From the NCBI GenBank assembly GCA_003278535.1, contig QCEG01000003.1, positions 43,974-107,973 on the forward strand: a DNA stretch of 64,000 nucleotides, read 5' to 3'. The position numbers were made by a program, and so were the translations under genes. The notes beneath the pieces are model-generated. The model made no database searches and was not told the DNA's origin. It saw nothing but the letters and a program-made list of their open reading frames with translations. Origin of the DNA: Prochlorococcus sp. AG-355-N18. GTDB lineage: Bacteria > Cyanobacteriota > Cyanobacteriia > PCC-6307 > Cyanobiaceae. Below are positions 33,354 through 41,805 of this stretch, piece by piece (the first letter of the stretch is position 1; each line of letters opens with the position of its first letter).

Positions 33354-33772
33354 TAATGCGAAAGCTAATGCGATGAATAAATTCTTAATTATGAATTTGA
33401 ATTTCTATAAAATTATTTAGACTCATAGTATTTATTTTTTAAATATCTGTCAGTACTTGATTTAACTTTTTATGTTTTTGTATAAATCTTTTATAAGGAG
33501 CTAACGCCAGTTATTTTAAATCTACTATTAATGTAAATTTTTTCTTTATCTTTTTATAAATTAAATCTTAAATTATGTAGAGAAACTTATGTAGAAGTTG
33601 TTTTTATATAAGTTATATAAATCAAAATAAGTAGTCTTTTTTACCAATTTAATAGACCTGTTCTTAAATAAATATATTTGTCTTTGAAAAGCTCCTAAAA
33701 AATTCTTTTTCTTGAAATAAACATTGACAAGACATTGATTAAAAAAACTTTTATAAAACATTAACTTCTTTT

Positions 33773-34087
33773 ATGTATATGTTTCTAACCAACAAGACCC
33801 GTTTAAAAATTAAAGATATCGTAAAGAGGATTTCACTAGATGAACCTGTCGCATTGGAAGAAAGAATTTATGTAGAAAAGTTTGCAAAACATAATTCGAC
33901 TATATGGACATGGCTTAAGAAAGCTAATAGCTTGAGGAGATATGGCAAGCAAAAATCAGATGGAATAAATGGACTTATCCAGAATCTTGGCCTTGATGGT
34001 TTAGAAACTGAAAATCATTTCGATCCCAAAAATGATGATCTTGCTGATTGGTTTAGTGGATCTCCTGATTGGGTTAGGAGGAGCTAA
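33773..34087 (+). CDS. Hypothetical protein (104 aa)
   Basis: Track ORF followed by an intrinsic terminator. Confidence 0.5.
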   Translation: MYMFLTNKTRLKIKDIVKRISLDEPVALEERIYVEKFAKHNSTIWTWLKKANSLRRYGKQKSDGINGLIQNLGLDGLETENHFDPKNDDLADWFSGSPDWVRRS

Positions 34088-34102
34088 TTGCCCTCCTTTT
34101 TT
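34077..34102 (+). terminator. Intrinsic terminator
   Basis: GGAGGAGC-TAATT-GCCCTCC (one bulge) followed by T6. Overlaps the stop of 33773..34087. Confidence 0.6.
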
Positions 34103-34115
34103 AATTAAATTTAAA

Positions 34116-34286
34116 TTAATAATGAAAAAAGGGAACCTCCTCCACTTTTCTTGGCGAATAATCACAAATACCAAACTGCATACATTCCATTTGATTATCA
34201 GTTAGTTTTCTCTCAATTGATAATTTATCAAAGAGACCTCCAAATGCATGTTGAATTTTATTTTTTATTAGATTTATGTAATTCAT
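34116..34286 (-). CDS. Small ORF (56 aa) with SD
   Basis: MNYINLIKNKIQHAFGGLFDKLSIERKLTDNQMECMQFGICDYSPRKVEEVPFFHY*. GAGG lies 8 nt upstream. Shares a promoter motif with 43773..43874. Confidence 0.4.
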   Translation of the reverse strand: MNYINLIKNKIQHAFGGLFDKLSIERKLTDNQMECMQFGICDYSPRKVEEVPFFHY

Positions 34287-34475
34287 AATTAACCTCTTTT
34301 TTTGGAAGTTATTTAGTATTCTTTCTATACAAAATCAAGAGTTGTAATACCTAAAATACAAACTATAAATTAATCGGTTTTAAAATATTTCACTATATCC
34401 ATAATCAGTATTTTTGCTCTAGGAAATTTGAATCATAACCTTTAAATTAGATCCACTGATTGGAGGTTTTACTTC

Positions 34476-34589
34476 ATGAGTACTTACAAAACGAAATACT
34501 TTAAAAACACAAAAAAGAGTAATAATACTCTTTGGTTGGATAAATTAATTAATCAACTTGAAAAAAAATCAAAAGGAGTTAGATCATGA
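34476..34589 (+). CDS. 37-aa protein, NNTxWLxxLINxxE family
   Basis: MSTYKTKYFKNTKKSNNTLWLDKLINQLEKKSKGVRS*. GGAGG about 10 nt upstream. Paralog at 35370..35486. Confidence 0.5.
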   Translation: MSTYKTKYFKNTKKSNNTLWLDKLINQLEKKSKGVRS

Positions 34590-34750
34590 ATACATTTAGA
34601 AATAAACAATTCAAAAATGAATTAGATCCCAAGTATGCCTTTTATGATTGTCTTCGTAGTTGCGAACTCAAGAGTAATTCTGAAAAGTCTTTAGAAGAAT
34701 GCGTCGATAATTGTGAACTTAGGCCATTAACGAAGAATCTCGATGGCTAA
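34586..34750 (+). CDS. 54-aa twin-CX3C protein
   Basis: ATGA-coupled to the previous ORF. ...YDCLRSCELKSNSEKSLEECVDNCEL.... The same CX3C...CX3C layout occurs in 58431..58640. Confidence 0.5.
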   Translation: MNTFRNKQFKNELDPKYAFYDCLRSCELKSNSEKSLEECVDNCELRPLTKNLDG

Positions 34751-34827
34751 AAATAGGAAATTAAACTCTATTCAATAACTATTTTGACGTTAAAGAGTTT
34801 TGATATAAATTTTTGGAGGGAAATCTT

Positions 34828-34986
34828 ATGACCAACCTCGCAATTGAGCTACTCCTGTTAATTCTAGTTTTAGTTAATTTTGGAGCGATCCTTACAGCTA
34901 ATATTTATTCAAAATCATTAAAAGATATTCAGCGAAAGAGACAATTTTGTAGAGAATCTATAAGTAACCCATATTGTATTTTTTGA
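34828..34986 (+). CDS. 52-aa single-TM protein
   Basis: GGAGGG lies 8 nt upstream. MTNLAIELLLLILVLVNFGAILTANIYSKSLKDIQRKRQFCRESISNPYCIF*. Confidence 0.45.
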   Translation: MTNLAIELLLLILVLVNFGAILTANIYSKSLKDIQRKRQFCRESISNPYCIF

Positions 34987-35369
34987 TTAATTAATTCCAA
35001 ACTAATAGATCTCAAACTAGAGATCTATTATTAAAAGTTAAAGTCCAACAAAACTAAAAATAAGGAGTATATGGGACTTCCGTTTTCATTGAATCGCCAT
35101 AGTAGCTTTCAGCTGACTTTACTAAGATCCAATAAATGAAATTTAGAAATGATTTTTCCATAGGAACATCTATACCCTTCCTAATTCAAATCAGAATTTC
35201 AAATAAAAACATCGTAGAAAATACTTAAAAATTTCCTTAGTTAATTTGTGATGGATAGGTTTGTATGAAATGCTACTAAAGCTTGTCTTATCAAACGATT
35301 TGGTAATAATGCTTATTGATTCCTTTAATTTCTTAAGATCTATTAAATAGATATAAAAGTAAGAAATTT

Positions 35370-35486
35370 ATGAGTACTCAAAAAAGTCAAAGCCATAAAA
35401 TACAAGAGCCAAATAATACAGAATGGTTAGAAGAATTAATCAATAAAATTGAAAATATGAAAAATAAAATACCTAATACTTTTTAA
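35370..35486 (+). CDS. 38-aa protein, NNTxWLxxLINxxE family
   Basis: MSTQKSQSHKIQEPNNTEWLEELINKIENMKNKIPNTF*. Paralog of 34476..34589. Confidence 0.5.
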   Translation: MSTQKSQSHKIQEPNNTEWLEELINKIENMKNKIPNTF

Positions 35487-35696
35487 CTAATTACGTCTTA
35501 TATCATTTATTGATTAATTAAATATTTTAAATACTTTTGTATTTAAGTCAGCTGGCTTTTTAAATGGAGTGATTTATTTTATTTTTGCGAATAGTTATTT
35601 AACAATGTTTAAATGAGAATCTTTTAAAGCAAGTTTATGGTTCATTTTTATTTTTATTGACAATATTGAAATAAGTGTAAAAAGAATTTTAAATTT

Positions 35697-36887
35697 GTGA
35701 CTACTGAATCATCTAAAAATCAAAACTTTATAAGGAAGCATCCCAGTGAAGGAATGGATGCTTTAGAAAAAGAATCAAAATTACCTTTGAAAGGATGGAA
35801 AACTGAGGTTGCCAGAGCGAAAGAATATGGTTTAGAAGGAGCAAAAAGTATTGTCGATAGAAATATATCTACATTTTCAAGAGGAGAATTACCCCATTTT
35901 GCAGGTATCAATACTTTCATGAAAGCTCCATATGTTGAAAATGTAAATGAAGTGGGAAATTATGATGTTGCGATCGTTGGTGTTCCACATGATTCTGGAA
36001 CTACTTATAGACCAGGGACAAGATTCGGACCTCAAGGAATAAGAAAAATTTCTGCTCTCTATACTCCTTATAATTACGAAATGGGAGTGGATCTGAGAGA
36101 GCAGATATCTATTTGTGATGTAGGAGATATTTTTACAATTCCAGCTAATAATGAAAAAAGTTTTGATCAAATTTCAAAGGGGGTTGCTCATATTTTTGCT
36201 AGTGGTGCATTCCCAATTATTTTAGGTGGAGATCATTCAATAGGTTTTCCCACAGTTAGAGGAGTTTGTCGCCACTTAGGAGATAAAAAAGTAGGGATCA
36301 TTCACTTTGATAGACATGTAGATACTCAAGAAACAGATTTAGATGAAAGAATGCATACCTGTCCATGGTTTCATGCAACTAATATGAAAAATGCACCTGC
36401 AAAAAATCTTGTTCAATTAGGAATTGGAGGTTGGCAAGTACCAAGAGAAGGAGTGAAAATTTGCAGGGAACGAAGTACAAATGTTTTAACAGTTACTGAT
36501 ATCTGTGAAATGGGATTAAAAGAGGCCGCTGATTTTGCGATTGAAAAAGCTACGGATGGAACTGACTGTGTATATATTTCTTTCGATATAGATTGTATTG
36601 ATGCTGGATTTGTCCCTGGAACTGGTTGGCCTGAACCTGGGGGTTTATTACCTCGAGAGGCATTAAAACTTTTGGAATATATTATCAGAAAAGTTAATGT
36701 ATGTGGAATTGAGCTTGTTGAGGTTTCGCCTCCATATGATGTAAGCGATATGACAGCTCTATTAGCTACTAGAGTTATTTGTGATTCAATTGCACATCTT
36801 GTAGTAAGTGGTCAGCTCCCAAGAAAATCTAAACCAGAATGGATTTCAGATAAATGCAATATGTCAGTTGATCAAAAATGGAGATAG
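35697..36887 (+). CDS. gdmH: Ureohydrolase-family enzyme, proposed Ni-dependent guanidine hydrolase (GdmH-like) rather than agmatinase
   Basis: 396 aa (GTG start). Motifs GGDHSIGFP, IHFDRHVDT, SFDIDCIDAGFVPGTGWPEPGG. Immediately followed by hypA/hypB-like genes and an ABC importer. Confidence 0.6.
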   Translation: MTTESSKNQNFIRKHPSEGMDALEKESKLPLKGWKTEVARAKEYGLEGAKSIVDRNISTFSRGELPHFAGINTFMKAPYVENVNEVGNYDVAIVGVPHDSGTTYRPGTRFGPQGIRKISALYTPYNYEMGVDLREQISICDVGDIFTIPANNEKSFDQISKGVAHIFASGAFPIILGGDHSIGFPTVRGVCRHLGDKKVGIIHFDRHVDTQETDLDERMHTCPWFHATNMKNAPAKNLVQLGIGGWQVPREGVKICRERSTNVLTVTDICEMGLKEAADFAIEKATDGTDCVYISFDIDCIDAGFVPGTGWPEPGGLLPREALKLLEYIIRKVNVCGIELVEVSPPYDVSDMTALLATRVICDSIAHLVVSGQLPRKSKPEWISDKCNMSVDQKWR

Positions 36888-36893
36888 ACTTTA

Positions 36894-37250
36894 GTGCATG
36901 AAGTAGATATGACAAAATGCCTTATTCTTTCTATCGAAGAGTGGGCAGAGAAAAAAAATAAAAAAAAAATAGTTGTTGAAAAGATTAATCTTAAGATTGG
37001 CGAATTTACTTGCGTAGAACCAATATCATTAATTAATACTTTTAATGCTGCAGTCTTGGGTTCTTGGTTAGATTCCTCTGAGATTAAAATTGAGACAATA
37101 CCTTTTGAAGGCAAATGCTCTAAATGCAATAGATTATATTTTCCAAAGAAAGAGAATGGATATAAATCTCCGTGTTGCAATTTTAATTTAGAGGAAATTA
37201 TTAGTGGGAGGGAATTAAAAATCGCATCTATTGATTTTAAAGAAAAGTAG
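36894..37250 (+). CDS. hypA: HypA-like nickel metallochaperone (GhaA-like)
   Basis: 118 aa. The GTG start yields the conserved N-terminal MHE Ni-binding motif. Zn site is CSKC...PCC (variant of CxxC...CxxC). Confidence 0.7.
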   Translation: MHEVDMTKCLILSIEEWAEKKNKKKIVVEKINLKIGEFTCVEPISLINTFNAAVLGSWLDSSEIKIETIPFEGKCSKCNRLYFPKKENGYKSPCCNFNLEEIISGRELKIASIDFKEK

Positions 37251-37290
37251 AAATTTAGTATCTAGAATAAAAAAGTATTTTCAAGTAAAA

Positions 37291-37974
37291 ATGCATTTAC
37301 CAATTTCAGACAAAATTGAATTAAATATTCTTCATCAAAATAGTCATCAAGCTGAGAAAAATAAAGTTAAGTTTAATAATTTTAATTTACTTTGCTTGAA
37401 CATAATGAGTAGTCCTGGTGCAGGAAAAACGAGATTACTTGAAATAACTTTAGAAGATCTTTCAAAAAAATTTCAAAGTGCTGTTTTAGAGGGTGATATG
37501 ACCACTAATCTTGATGCGGCAAGATTAGAAAAATTAAATATTCCAGTAGTACCAATTACTACTGGAAGAGCATGCCATCTCGATGCAAATATGGTTAGTG
37601 GAGGTTTGAAATTACTAGAAAAGAAAATAAATCCTGATTTACTAGATATTTTGTTAGTGGAAAATGTAGGAAATTTAGTTTGTCCTGCAGAATTTGAGAT
37701 TGGAGAACATTTTAAAATTGCACTTTTAAGTATTACCGAAGGTGAGGATAAACCTTTAAAATATCCAATAATGTTTAGAGAAGCAGATTTAATTTTGATA
37801 ACTAAGGTTGATTTGTTACCCCATTTGAATTTTGATATTAACGAATTAAAATCGAACATAGCTTCAACTAACCCTAAGGCAGATGTGATAGAAATTTCTT
37901 CGATAACCAAGTCTGGATTCGATTTATGGCAAGATTGGATTAGTAAAAAGATTCTGAAATTTAAAAATAATTAA
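37291..37974 (+). CDS. hypB: HypB-like nickel GTPase (GhaB-like)
   Basis: Start taken at ATG 37291 (the track TTG at 37231 overlaps hypA). P-loop SSPGAGKT, ENVGNLVCPA, TKVDL. Confidence 0.75.
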   Translation: MHLPISDKIELNILHQNSHQAEKNKVKFNNFNLLCLNIMSSPGAGKTRLLEITLEDLSKKFQSAVLEGDMTTNLDAARLEKLNIPVVPITTGRACHLDANMVSGGLKLLEKKINPDLLDILLVENVGNLVCPAEFEIGEHFKIALLSITEGEDKPLKYPIMFREADLILITKVDLLPHLNFDINELKSNIASTNPKADVIEISSITKSGFDLWQDWISKKILKFKNN

Positions 37975-38075
37975 TATTGATTAAGTAGGAATAATCTCTT
38001 AAAAGTATCAGTCATTACAACTTTAGATTTACTTTTTCTTGAGTATTGATAGTACGTAATATTTTTTTTTCAAAA

Positions 38076-39074
38076 ATGTTAAAAAAATTGAGAGTTTTTA
38101 TTGCCTCTTTGCTGGCTCTAATATTAGCGATTTCATTAAGTACACTATCAAGTCCTGCAGCTCCAAAAGGTGAACCAATCACTTTGGGATATAGTAACTG
38201 GGCAGGATGGTGGCCTTGGGCAATAGCTGTTGATCAAAAAATGTTTGAAAAAAATGGAGTAAATGTTCAGATGAAATGGTTTGATGGATATGTTCAATCC
38301 ATGGAAACTTTTGCTGCTGGTAAAATTGATGGAAATTCGCAGACTCTTAATGATACTATTTCGTTCTTGCCAGGAGAGAATGGAGGGGAAGTAGTTGTTT
38401 TAGTTAATGATAATTCTGCAGGGAATGACCAAATAATTGCAGATAAATCAATTAAAAGTGTTGCTGATTTAAAAGGTAAAACAGTAGCAGTAGAAGAAGG
38501 TGTTGTGGATGATTTTTTACTTGTTTTAGCTCTGAATGATGTTGGATTAACTCGAGATGATGTCATTATTAAAGGTCTTCCAACTGATCAGGCTGCAACT
38601 GCATTCGCAGCAGGAAAAGTTGATGCAGTTGGTGCATTCCCTCCATTTACAGGAACAGCAATGAAGAGGCCTGGAGCAAGAGTTATTGCAAGTTCAAAAG
38701 ATTATCCTGGTGCAATCCCTGATTTATTAGCAGTCAGCGGAGATTTGATTTCTGAAAGACCAGATGATGTTCAAAAAATTGTGAAAACATGGTGGGATGT
38801 AAGAGAATTCATGGAAAAAAATCCAAGAAAATCCGAAAAGATCATGGCAAAGCGAGCTGGGATTCCAACACGCGAATATAAACAATATAAAGGTGGAACT
38901 AGGTTCTTTTCTTTGGAAGAAAATTTAGAAGCTTTTAGTGATGGGTTCGGTATGAAACATATGCCTTATGCAGCGAAACAAATGGCAGACTTTATGGTCA
39001 AGGTAGGATTTATTCCTGAAAAACCAGATATGAGTAAATTATTTGACTCTTCGTTCGTTAAAAACATCAGTTAA
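38076..39074 (+). CDS. ABC transporter periplasmic substrate-binding protein (NMT1/TauA/NrtA-like)
   Basis: Start at ATG 38076 gives signal peptide MLKKLRVFIASLLALILAIS.... Has the nitrate/sulfonate/bicarbonate-family look (GYSNWAGWWPW). Confidence 0.75.
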   Translation: MLKKLRVFIASLLALILAISLSTLSSPAAPKGEPITLGYSNWAGWWPWAIAVDQKMFEKNGVNVQMKWFDGYVQSMETFAAGKIDGNSQTLNDTISFLPGENGGEVVVLVNDNSAGNDQIIADKSIKSVADLKGKTVAVEEGVVDDFLLVLALNDVGLTRDDVIIKGLPTDQAATAFAAGKVDAVGAFPPFTGTAMKRPGARVIASSKDYPGAIPDLLAVSGDLISERPDDVQKIVKTWWDVREFMEKNPRKSEKIMAKRAGIPTREYKQYKGGTRFFSLEENLEAFSDGFGMKHMPYAAKQMADFMVKVGFIPEKPDMSKLFDSSFVKNIS

Positions 39075-39090
39075 TTAATACAAAATTAAA

Positions 39091-39909
39091 ATGGTTAGTT
39101 CTAAATTCATCGAGAGGGATAAATATTTTTTATCCCTCTTTTCATTTGGTAGTGAACCGAAAAAATTAAATAAAATATTTCTTCAAATAGCCTCACTTCT
39201 GCTTCCCCTTTTAATTTGGACATTAGTTTGTCAATTAAAACTTGTAAGTGAAATGTTTTTACCATCACCGTTAGCGGTCTTTTATTCTCTTATGGATATG
39301 GCTGAAAGTGGAATATTATTTGAAGATATTTTTGCAAGTACTGGTAGGGTATTTGCTGGTTTTATAATTGCAACAATTTTTTCAATTCCTTTAGGAATTT
39401 TAATGGGTTCATTCCCTTCTTTTTGTGCGTTATGTGAACCATTAATTGCAATGCTTAGATATATGCCTGCCGCTGCTTTTTCTCCTTTGCTTATTATTTA
39501 TTTAGGAATTGAAGAAGCTCCAAAAATCGCTTTAATTTTCATTGGTACCGTTTACTTTAATGTTTTGATGGTTATGGATTCAGTAAAATTTGTACCTAAA
39601 GAACTCATCGAAACAACGCTTACTTTAGGAGGTAATACAAATGATTTGTTGATCAGAGTAATAGCCAGATATTCATTGCCAAGTATTATTGATACTTTAA
39701 GAATTAATATTGCAACTTCATGGAATTTAGTAATTGTCGCAGAGTTAATTGCAGCAGAAGTTGGTTTAGGTAAAAGGATTCAACTGGCTCAAAGATTTTT
39801 TCGTACAGATCAAATATTTGCAGAATTAATAGTTCTTGGATTAATAGGATTTGCTTTGGATATGAGTTTTAGATTACTACTTAGACGTACATGTAAATGG
39901 GCTGTTTAA
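39091..39909 (+). CDS. ABC transporter permease (TauC/SsuC-type)
   Basis: 272 aa, multi-TM. EAA-like loop region ...ETTLTLGGNTNDLLIRV.... Confidence 0.8.
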   Translation: MVSSKFIERDKYFLSLFSFGSEPKKLNKIFLQIASLLLPLLIWTLVCQLKLVSEMFLPSPLAVFYSLMDMAESGILFEDIFASTGRVFAGFIIATIFSIPLGILMGSFPSFCALCEPLIAMLRYMPAAAFSPLLIIYLGIEEAPKIALIFIGTVYFNVLMVMDSVKFVPKELIETTLTLGGNTNDLLIRVIARYSLPSIIDTLRINIATSWNLVIVAELIAAEVGLGKRIQLAQRFFRTDQIFAELIVLGLIGFALDMSFRLLLRRTCKWAV

Positions 39910-40671
39910 ATGAAATTAGATGTTAATAATATTTCAAAATATTTTGGGGAAGGTTCAAATAGAAAAAAGGCAATTGAGGGAATAAGCTTTTCAATAAGTT
40001 CTGGCGAATTTAAAACTCTTGTTGGGAGCTCTGGATCAGGTAAAAGTACTATATTGAGGATTATTGCTGGGCTTGAGAGTCCATCTAAAGGGAACGTAAA
40101 AGTAGATGGGAAAATAGTTAGTGGACCGGGATTGGATAGAGGGATGGTTTTTCAGAAATATAGTCTTTTCCCTTGGCTCACTGCATCTGAGAATATTGCA
40201 TTTGGAATGAATTTAAATTCTTACAAGTTGAAAGAAATAACATATAGGACATCTTATTTATTAGAAGTAGTAGGTCTTCAGGATTCTGGAAATAAGTATC
40301 CAAAAGAATTATCTGGAGGAATGCAACAAAGGATTGCAATTGCAAGAGCTCTAGCGACTAACCCTAAAATTTTGCTTTTAGATGAACCTTTTGGAGCATT
40401 GGACTTACAGATAAGAGAATCTATGCAGAAATTTCTTTACGAATTATGGAAAAAAACTTCATTGACAGTTTTACTTATAACCCATGATATTGAAGAGGCA
40501 TTAGCTCTCTCTCAGCAAATATGTATTTTGGCACCTAATCCTGGAAGAATCATAAAAGAAGTTAGGGTAGATCTACAAAAAGGAGATTTAGATAAATTGA
40601 AACTTGATTCAGATTTTGCAAAATTAAGATATGAGTTATCTGATTTTTTAAGAGGCCTTCAAAAAAAATAA
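39910..40671 (+). CDS. ABC transporter ATP-binding protein
   Basis: 253 aa. Walker A GSSGSGKST, signature LSGGMQQR, Walker B LLLDEP. Its start abuts the permease stop. Confidence 0.9.
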   Translation: MKLDVNNISKYFGEGSNRKKAIEGISFSISSGEFKTLVGSSGSGKSTILRIIAGLESPSKGNVKVDGKIVSGPGLDRGMVFQKYSLFPWLTASENIAFGMNLNSYKLKEITYRTSYLLEVVGLQDSGNKYPKELSGGMQQRIAIARALATNPKILLLDEPFGALDLQIRESMQKFLYELWKKTSLTVLLITHDIEEALALSQQICILAPNPGRIIKEVRVDLQKGDLDKLKLDSDFAKLRYELSDFLRGLQKK

Positions 40672-40674
40672 ATA

Positions 40675-41697
40675 ATGTCAAATAGCTTTTTGCCTACTTG
40701 GCTTTATAACGACCAAAAAATTTTTGAACTTGAATTAGATAAATATTCAAAAAATTATTGGCACCCATTGATTTTCATAGGAGAAATCAAACCTGGCGAA
40801 ATATTAGAAAAAAAATTCTTTAATCAATCATTATTAATCTCGCATACAGAAAATAATTTAATAACTGTTTTTAAAAATAGATGCCCTCATCGTGGGTCAA
40901 AATTGTGTTTACCAAAAACAAAATTAAATCCATCTAAAAATATTTTTTGTCCTTACCATGGTTGGACTTTTGATACTTTTGGCAAACTTAAAACCTTGCC
41001 ATTAAAGTACGATTTTGAGATAAAAATAGAAGCAGAGGATTATTTTTTAGAAAAAGTAAACTCTTTAATAAATGGACCTTTAATTTGGATTAATTTCAGT
41101 AAAAAACCAATATCTATAGATGATCAAATTGAGCTTGTTGGAAGAAAATGTAATGATGAATGGAATATAAATTACAGCATTTTTTCTGAATTTTCTGATA
41201 CTTTAAATTGCAATTGGAAAATTGCCCATGATAATACACTGGATGATTATCATGTTGCAATAGCTCATAAAGATACCCTACATAAAGAGCAAGGTCCAAT
41301 TAAAAACTACAGGTATTTCTTCAGTGAATTGTGTAATGTACTTGTTACCCCTCTTAGTAGTGAAGCAAATCTATATACCTTTGGATTACTCCCATGGACC
41401 CATCTAATAATCTGGCCTGGTAAAGGGATTGTTTTAATAAATTATCTTCCTAAAAATATTGATCAGTGTATTATTGAAATTAAATTAGCCTCTTCTTCTT
41501 TATGTGAAAGTGATTTGGAAAATTGGAAAAAAAGTATATTAGAATTTCTTGGAGAAGATAAAGTTATTGTTGAATCAGTTCATAAGTCTTATCTGGAAAA
41601 TTTTAAACTTGGTCCGCCTAATAGACTTGAACAAAGGATTATACACTGGCACAATATTTATAAAGATTTTCTAAATGCATCGGGCATTTCTTTCTAA
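40675..41697 (+). CDS. Rieske [2Fe-2S] non-heme-iron oxygenase, alpha-subunit-like
   Basis: 340 aa. Rieske CPHRGSKL...CPYHGW and mononuclear-iron motif DDYHVAIAH (D-x2-H-x4-H). Starts 3 nt after the ATPase stop. Confidence 0.8.
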   Translation: MSNSFLPTWLYNDQKIFELELDKYSKNYWHPLIFIGEIKPGEILEKKFFNQSLLISHTENNLITVFKNRCPHRGSKLCLPKTKLNPSKNIFCPYHGWTFDTFGKLKTLPLKYDFEIKIEAEDYFLEKVNSLINGPLIWINFSKKPISIDDQIELVGRKCNDEWNINYSIFSEFSDTLNCNWKIAHDNTLDDYHVAIAHKDTLHKEQGPIKNYRYFFSELCNVLVTPLSSEANLYTFGLLPWTHLIIWPGKGIVLINYLPKNIDQCIIEIKLASSSLCESDLENWKKSILEFLGEDKVIVESVHKSYLENFKLGPPNRLEQRIIHWHNIYKDFLNASGISF

Positions 41698-41805
41698 CAT
41701 AATTTCTATTTACTGCACTGATATTATTAATTAAATTTTTAATATGGTAGGGATTTAACTATATATTTAATAGGCATTATTGATAATATAGTTAAGTGCA
41801 AAAAG

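Noticed and set aside
35697-36887. Plain agmatinase (speB) annotation
   Set aside because: The family fold fits, but the immediate hypA/hypB-like Ni chaperones and a dedicated importer fit a guanidine hydrolase better. This remains unproven without a phylogeny or assay.
35720-38566. Minus-strand ORFs 35720..35920, 35889..36170, 36872..37180, 37473..37910 and 38294..38566
   Set aside because: Antisense shadows within the hydrolase, hypA/hypB and binding-protein genes.
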